Below the pieces are notes generated by a model. The model was not told the DNA's origin. It did not search any database and saw only the letters and a program-made list of their open reading frames with translations. The position numbers and the translations under genes were made by a program. 64,000 bases of DNA. Origin: the human T2T-CHM13v2.0 reference genome, Homo sapiens. This document shows positions 1-15,011 of this stretch, in pieces. The DNA lies in assembly GCF_009914755.1 (NCBI RefSeq), contig NC_060928.1; one strand, given 5' to 3'. Within the stretch, counting starts at the first letter, position 1; every line of letters begins with the position of its first letter.

Positions 1-409
1 TATAACAGTTTGGCAGTTTCTTAAAAAATTAAATCTACACTTACCATAGGATTCATTGCAACTAAAAAAAAGATAGTACTATATTTTGTTTTTAAACATA
101 TGTAGATGTAAATTGTAAGAAAATTGTAACACAAGGAAGGAGAAAATGAAATTATATTCTTGAATTTATATGTTATATATGTTAGCATAATTCTAATTAA
201 AAGGAGACTGTGATAATTTAAACATGTACACATATTATAAATCCTAAAGCAATAACTTAAAAAAGAAAAACATTATCCACCTAATAAAGAATAGTGCAGA
301 AAATGTGGAATTATGAAAAAATATTAGTCTGAGAAAAGGCAGGAAAAGAGGAAAAAGAAAACTAGAACAACAAAGCAAGTGAGAAAAATAGAAAACAGCA
401 AGACGGTAA

Positions 410-2222
410 ACAAACTCAACCATACTAATGATTCATTAGCTCTGTGTGGTCTAAAAACTCCAGTTCGTAGAAAGGGATTAATATTTTCAGGTTGAATATA
501 AAAACAAAACCCAATTATATGTTATTTAGTAATTTATGCAATTTAAATATGAAGACAAAAGTATGTTAAACCTATAAATGGAAAATATTCTCCTGTAAAC
601 AAGAACCATAGCTGGAATGCTCATATTAGTGTCAAACCAAACAGATTTAAAGATAAAGGAGTATTGCTAGAGACCAAAAGAAAACTTCATAAAGGTAAAA
701 GGATCAATGAATGAAGAAAAACTCTCCTAAATGTGTGTATGTTCACCTAATAACAGAGCTTCAAGATTCGGTTTCAAGAAACAAATGTGGACGAAAGAAA
801 AATGGACAAATCCACAATTATTGTTGGAGATTTCAACGTTTCTCTTCTAGGAACTGATAGAACCAGTAGAAAAAAAAAAAATCAGTAGGACTATAGAAGA
901 CTTAAACAACACTGTCTTCTAATCCAACCTAACTTGCAGTTATTGAACACTCCACCCAACAACAGCAGAACACACATTCATCTAATGCATATATTCAGTA
1001 TTCAGCAAGATAGACCAAATGCTAGGCCATAAAACAAACACGCAATTTTAAAAGATTGAGATTATAGAGCACATATCCTCTAATCATACTAAATTAAGTA
1101 AATGAATAAGAGAAAGATATTTGAAAATCCTAAAGACTTGGAAAATAAATAACATACTTCTATATAATCAGCAGATCAAAGAAGAAATCACAAAGGAAAT
1201 TACAAAATGTTTTGAGTTGAATGAAAATAAAAGTGCATATAAAAATGCGTTAGATTCAGCTAATTCAGCGCTCTCAGGAAAAATTATAGTTCAACTTCTT
1301 ATATTAGGAAAGATCAGTGACCTATCCTTATAATTAAAATGGAAAAAGAAGACTAAAGAAGAAAAATAAAATATAACAAAGCAAATTAAAAGAAGGGAAT
1401 AACAAAAATAACTAAAGAAAAGAATAAATTGGAAGGCATAAAGTGAATGAAAATAAAAGCTGTTTCTTTTTTTAAAAAAATCCATTAACTTGATCAATCA
1501 CTAGCTAGACTGATCAAGGACAAAATACACATAAATTATCAATATCAGGAATAAAAGAAGGGATCACCAGAAATCCTACCAACATTAAAAGGATAATAAA
1601 AGAATATAATCAGAACTTTTTGCCAATAAATTTGATAATTTGGATTAAATGGCCAATTTCTTGAAGGACAGAAATGAACAAAATTGACTCAAAGAGAAAT
1701 AGCTCCAATAAGCTCATAACTATTAAAAGATTGTATTTGTAACTAAAATGTTCCCACAAATACAACTACAGATAGATTCAGCAAAGAACTTTATCAAACA
1801 GTTAGGGAAAAAATAATAGCAATTTTACACGAAACCTTTCAGAAAATAGAGGAAGGAGGACTTTTCAACTCATGTTATTAGACCAGTATTATCTTGGTAT
1901 CAAAACCAGACAAAGATATTGCAGGAAAAGAAAATTATAAAGCAATATGTCTCATGAACATGGATGCAAAAATTGTTAATAAAATACTAACAAATTGAAT
2001 TTAGCAATATACAAAAAATGATAATACTCTATGACCAAGCAGTGTTTATTCCAGGGAACAAGGCTGATTTAACATTTCAAAATCAATTCATGTAATTCTA
2101 ACCATATTAGCAGAATAAAGGTAAATCCATACAATATTCTCAAGAAATAGACGTAAAGCATTTAACAACATTCTACATCTCTTTATGACAAAAAATAAAA
2201 TAAAATAAAAAACCTCTCAGAA
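410..2222 (+). mobile_element. Old L1M LINE-1, decayed ORF2 (endonuclease to early RT)
   Basis: A-rich + strand with L1 ORF2 words (attgttggagatttcaac, agcaagatagacc, aaaaccagacaaagatatt, atgaacatggatgcaaaa); many stops and frameshifts. Bases 1-60 look like a separate ORF2 3' fragment. Confidence 0.85.
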
Positions 2223-2223
2223 A

Positions 2224-2286
2224 AGCCAGGCATGCTGGTGCACCCCTATAAGCCTAACTACTCTGGAGGCTGAGGCAGGAAGATCT
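2224..2286 (+). mobile_element. Alu right-arm fragment
   Basis: gccaggcatgctggtgcacccctataagcc...ggaggctgaggcaggaagatc; no tail. Confidence 0.8.
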
Positions 2287-3256
2287 CTAAACAGAAAGTC
2301 AAAAAAGAAACAATGAATTTAAACTATACCCCGGAACAAATGTACTTAACAGATATTTATAGAGCATTCTACCCAACAACCACAGATTATGCATTCTATT
2401 GATCAGTGCATGAAACTTTCTCCAAGATAGAGTATATAATAGGCCACAAAATAAGTCTCAATAAATTTAAGACAATTGAAATTATATGAAATACTCTTTC
2501 AGATCACAGTGGAATAAAACTGGAAATCGATTCCAAAGGGAACCTTCAAACCCATGCAAATACATGGAAATTAAATAACCTGCTTCTGAATGATCTTTGG
2601 GTCAACAATGAAATAAAAACGGAAATTAAAAAATTCTTCAAAGTGAACTATAATAGTGACACAACCTATCAAAACCTCTGGGATACAGCAAAGGTGGTGC
2701 TAAGAGGAAAGTTCATAGCCTTACATGCCTAGCTCAAAAAGTCCAAAAGAGCACAAATAGACAATCTAAGGTCACACCTCAAGGAACCAGAGAAACAAGA
2801 ACAAACCAAACCCAAACCCACAAGAAGGAAGGAAATAACCAAGACCAGAGCAGAACTAAATGAAATTGAAACAAACAAACAAAAAAATTACAAGATATAA
2901 ATGAAACAAAAAACTGGTTCTTTGAAAAGAGAAATGAAATTGATAGACCATTAGCAGAATTGACGAACAAAAGAAGAGAGACGATCCAAATAAGGGCAAT
3001 TAAAAATGAAATGGGAGATATTACAACTGACACCACAGAAATACAAAAGATTATTCAAGGTTACTATGAACACCTTTATGCACATGAACCAGAAAACCTA
3101 GAGGAGATGCATAAATTCCTGGAAAGATACAACTCTCCTAGCTAAAATCAGAAAGAATTAGAAACCCTGAACGGACCACTAACAAGCAGCAAGATTGAAA
3201 GGGCAATAAAAAAATTACCACAAAAAAAAGTCCAGGACCAGGTGTATTCACAGATT
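2287..3256 (+). mobile_element. L1PB-type ORF2 internal fragment
   Basis: Colinear with 15480-16340; ORF track 2960-3145 reads ...[22 protein letters not shown]..., typical L1 ORF2. Confidence 0.9.
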
Positions 3257-3412
3257 AATGGATGACATTGGTTAGTGATAACAATGAGGAAGCTGAAGGG
3301 AGGAAGATTTGATTATTAAAGGGCCACATGAGGGATCCTTGAGGTGATGAAAATGTTTAGTATCTTCACTGAGGTGATGAATACATGAACCTATATATGT
3401 GACAAAATTGTA

Positions 3413-4320
3413 CAGTAGTCCCCCCTTATCTGCAGAGCATATATTCCAAGATGCCCAATGGGTGCCCAAAACTGTGGATAATCGCGAACTCTACATATAC
3501 TATGCATTTGCCTTGATATGGTTTGGCTTCGTCCCCACCCAAATCTCATCTTGAATTGTAGCTTCCATAATCACCACATGTCATGGGAGGGACCCAATGA
3601 GAGATAATTGAATCATGGGGGCGGCTTTTCCTCATGCTATTCTCCTGATAGTGAATAAGCGTCAGAAGATCTGATGGTTTTATAAAGGGCAGCTCTCCTG
3701 CATACGCTGTCTTGCCTGCTGCCATGTTAGACATGCCCTTGCTCCTCCTTCACTTTCTGCTATGATCATGAGGCCTCCCCAGCCATGTGGAACTGTGAGC
3801 CCATTAAACCTCTTTTTCTTTATAAATTGCCCAGTCTCAGGTTATTTCTTTATAGCAATAGAAAAATGGAGTAATACATGCCTATACACACATACCTATA
3901 ATAAAGATGAATGTGTAAATTAGTCACAGTAAGAGATTAACTATAATAGCTAATATTAAAATAGAACAATTCTAACAATATACCAGCATCACTGCTCTTG
4001 CACTTTGAGGCCATTATTAATCAAATTAAAGGTTACTTGAACACTAGCACTGTGATCCTGTGACAGTTGATCTGATAACCAAGAAGGCTAAGTGACCATA
4101 GGTGGGTAGCATATGCAGCATGTATACACAGGATAATTCACATCTTGTGCAGGACAGAGAAGGGTGGTGCAAGATTTCATCATGCTACTCAGAACAGTGT
4201 GCAATTTAAAACTTATGTCTTGTTCATTTCTGGAATTTTCCATTTAATATTTTTGGATTACAGTTGACTATGGGTAACTGAAACCTCAGAAAGTGAAACT
4301 CCAGATAAGAAGGGACTCTA
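3413..4320 (-). mobile_element. MER44 (Tigger7-derived) DNA transposon
   Basis: Degenerate TIRs cagtagtccccccttatctg / cagataagaagggactcta; TA flanks at 3411-12 and 4321-22. Confidence 0.85.
3514..3878 (+). mobile_element. THE1 (THE1C-like) MaLR solo LTR
   Basis: tgatatggtttggc...gtaataca; perfect 5-bp TSD tgcct (3509-13, 3879-83). Confidence 0.95.
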
Positions 4321-4559
4321 TATAGACCTAAATCCACAAACACAGGCTCAAAGTTGTATAAATAAAACTGGGAAATCTGAATAGGATGGGTATATTGTAT
4401 CAATGTCAATATCCTGGTTGTAATATTGTATGAAAGTTTTGCAAAATATTCTCATTGGGGGAAATGGGTAAAGGGTACACTAATCCTCTATTATTTCTTA
4501 CAACTGCTTGTGAATATATAATTATCTCAATAATTATTTCAATTAAAAGAGTGTCAGTG

Positions 4560-5175
4560 GGTTGTCCTTGCCACGCAGATAAAGAATGAAATCCTTGCTA
4601 CACCGTAGAGGGATGGCCTGCCACCTGTTTACTTTCCAGTCCCATCTTACACCAACTCTCTTTGCACTCCACCCACAATGGACTTTTAAACTTTTCCTTG
4701 AATGCATTACATTCCCTCACATCATAAGACCTTTGTACACATTGCGCCTAAGGTGAATCCAGGTCATGTGGACCTAAAACTTACTCAGTTTTGGAGGCAG
4801 TTTTGAGTAATAACAACAACACAAAAATTATGAATACAAAATTAATTACAGAACTTTGACAGGGACCTGAGAAATTGAGGGGCACCAAAAACTTAGTTCT
4901 GATAGCTTTACAGAAAATCAATTTCTAATTATACCCTTTACTTAAAATTTCTCACCCCTTCAACTTCCCTACCGTCCATCCCAGGTATGTATCCTCACAG
5001 TGCTGTGTCCCTTACCTCTTAGCATTCATTACAATTTTTAATTATACATTTATTTTTGTGATATTCGACTAATGTCTCTCTTCCTCACTGCAGTCTAGGC
5101 TTCATGTAGGTATGGGTTGGGTTTGTTTTGTAAACTATTTTATACCAGGAGCCTAGCACAAAGCCTGACACTTTT
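4560..5175 (+). mobile_element. L2 3' remnant interrupted by MER53
   Basis: L2 3'-end words (ctaggcttcatgtagg...gcctagcacaaagcctgacac). Confidence 0.6.
4749..4927 (+). mobile_element. MER53-like hAT MITE
   Basis: ggtgaatccagg...tgaatacaaaatt...ttgaggggcacc...tagctttacagaaaatc matches the remembered MER53 layout. Confidence 0.65.
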
Positions 5176-8100
5176 TGGTGGGGTTGGATGTGGTTGAAGA
5201 AACAGGCCAACTTTCAGCAACTAGGAGGGTCACAGAAGCAGTAGGAGCAGAAGCCATGCCTGGCAAAGCCAAGGAGAGAAAGACCCAGCTATAAGGCATC
5301 TATAGTCCAGGTTCAGCTCTTTAATACCTCCTTACCATGTGGAGGTAGAGAACAGGAGGGGTAAATATCATCAAGGTAAATCATTAAGTTTAGTAGTAAA
5401 TGTAAGCTAGGTAAGATAAGGAGATACTCTAACAATGAATTTGACCAAATTAGAACTGATATGAACCAAACAGCAGTTTGCAGCAAATAGGTCCATATGT
5501 AAATAAGCTATTTGTAAATAAACCACAACTTCTTGCTTTGTTTTCCATTTTTAGCTTCTAGAAATCATATCAACAAACAACTAGGGCTATATTATTCTCA
5601 TTGCTGTAGTGATGACTTCATGTTTGTGCTTTTCCCCTCTCCACTGGGCTTAAAGTATCATAACTAGATAGAATGGAAATAATTTTAGAAATAAACACCA
5701 AATAAAAGAGTATGTCTGGATCTGTGTTTCACAATTTATATATTTGTTATTATTTTTTCCCATATGTTATATTCAGAATTATGAAAAACATGGATTTTGT
5801 TTTCTCCATTCCAAAACCCTAATGAATTGCTTACAGTGTTGGGGAATTGCTCTCTATAACACCAAAAATGTTTTTTTTTAATTCACACCAGCAAACTAAT
5901 GTTTGTCAGTGAACCTGCTCCTTCAGTGATCCCTGGGGACAGAAGAGTCTGAGGCAAGTGAACAAGGAGTGCTCATAAAAATCCATAAGTGTTTTGTGAA
6001 CCCATTAGTCCAAGCTGCTCACCCATAGCTCTAATGCAGCCATTGATGGTGGATTTGAGGAGATTGCAACTTTTCCTCAATCAAAGAAAGAGTTTTTAAA
6101 AAGGTCTGCAGAATGTAGGCTAATAGTAGACAAAACATCTTTGAATGAGATCTTGGGAAGTCTTACACTCTGCATTTTGTTTTTGAGTAAAAGTCAGACT
6201 GCAAGAGTCATTCTCATCTGAAAGGCATCTTGTTTCCTGCGCAATTTGAATTTGTTGTGATCTGAGTTCAGGCAAGTCTTCATGGAATCATGAAGTTCAA
6301 AGATGGGAAAGACCTTTAAGAAGTGAACTAGATAAGATGAGGGGTCTGTTCTCCAACAGGATCCCACCTTCCCTTCCAAAGCCAGAGGACAGAAAGTAAT
6401 TGATTAAAGCACACCTGTAAGGAGTGCCTTTTGTTCCCATTCCCCCTTACTTTTAGAAATACCAAAATGCTCTTTCAGATTCCAAGGTCATAACACTTTG
6501 TATAAATAAAAATATACATAATCTAACATCTTACCTGACTGAAAAATATAAGTATTGTTAAATGCCTTTTAGAGAGAAGAGAAAAAGGTCAGTAACTTGG
6601 TAGTATCTTTTTTAGCTACTTTCCCGGTATTTAGTCTTTCCCATCCAGATAGAATCCATAGTAATGTATTGAATCAAGGTAAGTAATCGATTTTTTTGAA
6701 CTTGATGATAACTTGATAGTTTAGAGAGTTTGACCCATATGGTTATTGTGTGTATAAGTGATGTGTTTTATGAACCTTACTGGTATGCAATAAAACCTCA
6801 TAAACATCTGTAGAAGTACTCAAATCACCTTAGATTAGATAGTGAACTTTTCATTAGAATTTCCCCACATTTGCTTTTAGACTTCCTAGTTGATTTCTTG
6901 GAAACCTGGCAGCTTCTGAGCAAGTTTTCTCAAGGATCTTAGGCCTATTGTTATGCCATTTAAGAACCCAATTAGTAATTTTGTCCTTATTCTGGACGTT
7001 TCCATTATAACTAGTGTATGCATGCACACACACACAAACACACACAGGCCCATATGTAATATATTCCATTTCTCAAAAACTGTTTTTGTCTTATTCATAA
7101 GCCAAGACTAAGTACTATCAAAGATCAGATGGTTCTTTGAAAAGCTATTAGGGAACAACTTTGAGTTTAAAGACAAATAATTATTTATTAAGCCTTCAGA
7201 AAATTCTCAAACTACAATTCATCCTTAAGTTTTGAAAAGGTGAAATTTAATATCATGAATTCTTATGCTCACATTTTCTTTTCTATTCTATTTAGAAAAA
7301 AATGAGTAGAATTAATCTGGTAGCATTTTGAGTATCATAATATGATTATTTTAATAGATCACTTATCATCCTATTTGTTTACACTACATTTCTGAGATCA
7401 TTTGCAACGTATCCATGTTGTTATTTTTCAGTTTCTCATGAAATGTGCTGTCTTATTTCTAGATATATCATCATATTTAAGTGCCTTATTCCTTCCTGTT
7501 CAAATAATAACTTTGTCTTTTGTTAACATTCCACAGAAAAAGTAAACAGGTTCTTATAGGTCGAAATGTTTAAGCGTGTCCTCAAAACATTAATTAATTC
7601 TGTCACATTTTTACTGGCGAAATACTTTTTAAAAAGGCTTCCAGCAAAACTACTTGTTGTGAAGTCCACTAAGAGATATTCCCACCCTAAATTACTCACT
7701 GTTTAACTACAGGAATTAAAAAACAACAAAACATAACAGGAAAGCAAGATAAAAACTATCTCTGAAACACATCAGGTCCTAATATTAACAAATATCAGTC
7801 CATGTATAACTTAGACTTTTAAATTACAAAAAGGAAATTTGTTTGAGAGTCTTTATATGTTATAATTAGAAGACGTAGAATAATTTTAGAATAGATTGTA
7901 CAGAACTTAGAATAGGTTTAGTAACCTACTTGAGGAAATTGTGTAGTTGAAAAAATGAAATAGGAATTGTCTGCCTTCCCACTTTACCAGCTGGGTCACA
8001 GAAGCAGCGCTTTGTCCTCCTCAAGCTTTCTGTAGCTAGGCTGACCCTGAGGGTGGACAGTGAGGGATGGATAGAAGAGAATGTATAAACTTTTTTTCTT

Positions 8101-8289
8101 ATTGTAGTCATCTGTCATCCATCAGCCACAGATTCACCAAGTTTTGTTTCTTCCCTCCTGCAGCACCTTGAAATGCAGCTGTAAGAGAAAGTACCACTAA
8201 TAGTCACAGATTGATGCCTGCAGGTCTAATTGGAGTGTTTTTCCTTTTTAAAATTCATTTTGCTTTATTTATTTTTATTTTTTGGTTGC

Positions 8290-10855
<2,566 letters not shown>

Positions 10856-11009
10856 GTTGCTCATTTTGAAGCAAATTTTGTATTGAAGTGTATATTATCC
10901 TTTAATACAAAATAATACACAAATCAAAGTATACAGCTCAAGGAGTTTTCACAAAGTGGGCACATTTATTTAATCAGAACCCAGAATTTACCAATATGGT
11001 CAAATTGGG

Positions 11010-11150
11010 AGATTACTACATAAAACATTCAGAGTTCTGATTTCTCCTGAAAAGTTAGAAAATCTCACCATCTTGAGCCCACATTTCCACTAGCCAGCAG
11101 GAAAGCAGCTGGTCCCTTAGGTGGAGCATATGCTGTCTATTTTCCACTGT
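11010..11150. mobile_element. MER102-like hAT-Charlie fragment
   Basis: ttctcctgaaaagttagaaaatctc...gagcccacatttccac resembles MER102. Confidence 0.5.
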
Positions 11151-12288
11151 AGAATTGTGACCAATAAAAGGGACAATAAGACAACAAAAATATAAGAGAA
11201 AAGCAGGAGTCAATGAAATGTTATTAAAATGTCAAGCATTTGACTGAACTAGATAAAGGGACCTTAAAAGAGTTCAGATTCTAACTCACTAGCAATTATA
11301 TTACTTGGAACAATTATATGTTAAAGAGAAAGTTGGCTGGAGCCTGGGTGGAGATTGCAAATTCCATCTACTTGAATCAAATGATAGATATTACTCTGCT
11401 AAAAGGTGTTAGGGTTAGGCTTTGACAATGTCTATAGCTCTTCTTTGATTGTGGTATGTGCCTTGAATTTTGTAATTATGTTTCTGTTGCTTCTTACTAC
11501 TACTTACTTCCAATATTTGGGTTGTAAGGTCACATTAGAATTTCTTAATGGTATCTACTCCCTGAAATTTAATTAGGTACCTTCAAATTAACTCTGGCTA
11601 ATAAATGGGGTACCTTTTATTAGTAACAACTTGTTAAATATTAATTCTGGTTGTAGAATTTGAGTATTGTTTTACTACCCAATAGCAACTCCCCATACCT
11701 CCCAGCTTCTTCCCTTCTAATAGAACACTGATTTTTGTTCAGGTAATTTAACTTCCTTCACATGGCCATGTGGTTTCCTAATGCAATCATGGCAATCTCA
11801 TTCTTTTTGCCAGTTCGAATTTTAACAACAGGTGTAATGTATTTCAATGAGCCATGAAAGAGAATCTACTGCAGGGTTCAGGGAAAAATTTTGCCATGAT
11901 TAAAAAAAGATGGAAAAGATTTAAAGGGTACAATTCAAAAATGCTGATAGGAGGCAAGACTAACTTGCAGCTCCGACTTGGACGGACGGACTGAACAGGG
12001 TGCAGAGACTCACATTGTAAACTTTTACTCCAAGAACTACCATAGGAACATACCAGGAAAACTGAAAGAATTCACAGACCCTTTGAAAGAAGTGGCTTGC
12101 CACTGCAAACTCCATGAGACAGCTAAAAACTGTGAGTGTCCAAAGTGTGAGAGGGGGGAAATGTCTACCTCCAAAGGTACATCCTTACTGGGAAACCTGA
12201 AAATCCAGATCACAGGAGAAGGGTTTAACCTTACTTAGAGCTGAAATAAATTTAGAGGGCTGAGTGAAATATAAAAGTAGAAGAAGTG

Positions 12289-12600
<312 letters not shown>

Positions 12601-13906
12601 AAGAAGCGCAGTAAGAGCCCTTTAGGCACTCCTGGTCCCCAGGGAAGCCATTTCTGACTTTGTCTCACAGGAGTCCTTGGGGAGGGCAGCTAGTGGAATT
12701 GGGGAAGTACCACAGGGAGAAAGAAACTTCCAACTCAACTTTGTAATAATTTCGATTGAGTGTGAATTTTGCTGGCCAGAATCCAGTGGCGGGTAAGCGG
12801 GTGAATGCAAAGTGCAGCTAGGAGCACAGAACCTACAGCAGGTGGGGAGGGTGGAGCCTGAAAGCCCTGCTTGCTTTCTCAGCAAGGAGGCTTGTCGCCT
12901 GGAGCAAGATCTCAGCCCTGCTTTCTGGCTGCCTTGATATAAACTTGGTACTGTTGGTGGGGCACAGTGGGAGTGAGACTGGCCTTGCTGGCTATGTGGG
13001 AGCTTGGTGAGGCCTGTGACTGCTGGCTTTACCCCACTTCCCTGGTGACCTGTATGACACAGCAGAAGCAGCCATAATCCCCCTAGGAACATAACTCCAT
13101 AAGCCAGAAGACCATCCCCTATCCCCCACAGCAGCCACAGCAGCCACAGGAAGCCCCACCCAAGGAGACTTTGAACTCAGAAGAGCTTAACTCTGCCCCA
13201 ACCTGATTGTCTTTCTTTACCCACCCTGATAGCTGAAGACAGAGGACATAATCTTTTGAGAACTCTATGGACCTGTCCACTGTCTGAGAAACCCAAATAT
13301 TTATCCAGGTGACCCTAGGTCAAGCTTGTATCCCCTTTATACTACTGCAGCTGATGCTGTCTTGAAAGCACCACCTCTTGGATGGAGGCCAACCAACTCA
13401 AGCCATTTTAGCACCTCATAAAAAAATAACCTCACTTCAAGAAAGGAGAAAACAACAGCTAACTCCACTGCCTTTAACATCCTGGCTAACCATAGGTCCT
13501 GAGTCTGGCCATGTGACAACTTCAATGCTAGCACAGCAAGCATTTGAGAAAACCAGCATTCTAAACTACATAAACAAAACTACAAACAAGGATTTTCACA
13601 GAGTCTATTTCACTCCCCTGCTACCTCCCACTGGAGCAGGTGCCCGTATCTATGGTTGAAAGACCTGAAGATGGATCATATCACAGGTCTCTTAGCAGAC
13701 ACTCCGCAGTACCAATCTGGAGCCCAGTAGCTCCGCTGGTTAGCTAGACCCAGAAGAGCAATAATAAACACTGCAGTCTGGCTCTCAGGAAGCCCCATCC
13801 CTAGCGGAAGCAGGGGAGCACCATATCAAAGGATCACCTCGTGGGACAAAAGAATATGAACAGCAGCTCTTGAGCCCTAGATCTTTCCTCTGACCTAGTC
13901 TACAAA

Positions 13907-14953
13907 ATGAGAAGAAACCAAAAAAACAATTCTGGTAATATGACAAAGCAAGGTTCTTCAACACCCCACAAAGACAACACTAGCTCACCAGCAATGGATC
14001 CAAACCAAGAAGAAATCTCTGAAATACCAGAAAAAGAATTCAGAAGGTTGATTATTAAGCTACTCAAGGAGGCACCAGAGATAGGTGAAAACCAACTTAA
14101 AGAAATTTTAAGAATTGGGGAGGGGAGAAAAAAGAAAAAAGAAGAAAAATAATACAGGATATGGATGAAAAAAATATCCAGAGAAAGAGATAGCATAAAT
14201 TTTTTAACAAATCACAACCTCTGGAAATGAAAGACATGCTAAGAGAAATGAAAAATGCATCAGAAAGTTACAATACAATTTAAAAAGTAGAAGAAAGAAC
14301 TTCATAGCTCAAAGACAAGGCTTTCAAATTAATCTAATTTAACAAAGACAAAGAAAAAATAATTTTTTAAAAAAGGAACAAAGACTCCAAAAAGTTTGGG
14401 ATTATGTTAAATGACAAACCTGAGAATAATTGGTGCTCCTGAGGAAGAAGACCAGCCTAAAAGTTTGAAAAACTTATTTAAGGGAAAAATCAAGGAGATT
14501 CCCTGGCCTTGCTAGAGATGTAGACAACCAAATGCAAGAAGCTCAAAGAACACCTGGGAAATCCATCACAAAAAGATCATCACCTAGGCACATAGTCATT
14601 AGATTATCTAAAGACAAAGGGAAGAATTTTAAGAGCTATGAGGCAAGAGGATTAGGTAACCTATAAATGAAAACCTATTAGATTAACAGCAGATTTATCA
14701 GTAGAAACCCTAGAAGCTAGAAGGGATTGGGGTCTTATCTTTAGCCTCCTTAAACAAAACAATTATCAGCCAAGAATTTTGTATTCAGTGAAACTAAGCT
14801 TCATAAATTAAGGAAAGGTAGTCTTTTTGTGACAAACAAATACTGAGAGAATTTGCCACTATCAAGCCAGCACTACAAGAATTGCTAAAAGGAGCTCTAA
14901 ATCTTGAAACAAATCCTGGAAACATATCAAAACAGAACCTCTTTAAAGCATAA
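13907..14953 (+). pseudogene. L1 ORF1p remnant
   Basis: MRRNQKNNSGNMTKQGS...EIPEKEFRRLIIKLL; later ORF1 words (ccaagaattttgtattcag, aagccagcactacaagaa); disrupted. Confidence 0.88.
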
Positions 14954-15011
14954 ATCTTACAGGATCTATAAAACAAAAATACAAAAAAAAATTTTACAAA
15001 CAACAAATAGC

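Larger units (their letters stand above)
3257..4550 (+). mobile_element. L1MC-type 3' UTR, split by MER44 and THE1C
   Basis: L1M 3' UTR words at 3270-3412 resume at 4323-4550 (tgtatcaatgtcaatatcctggttg...caactgcttgtgaat). Confidence 0.7.

Noticed and set aside
8112-8124. PBX/HOX plus MEIS-like composite motif (minus TGATGGATGACAG)
   Set aside because: Single short motif with no supporting evidence; plausible by chance.
12622-13092. 156-aa antisense ORF in the L1 5' UTR (ORF0-like?)
   Set aside because: ORF0 is described for L1PA-type 5' UTRs; this is an L1PB-type UTR and I see no similarity.
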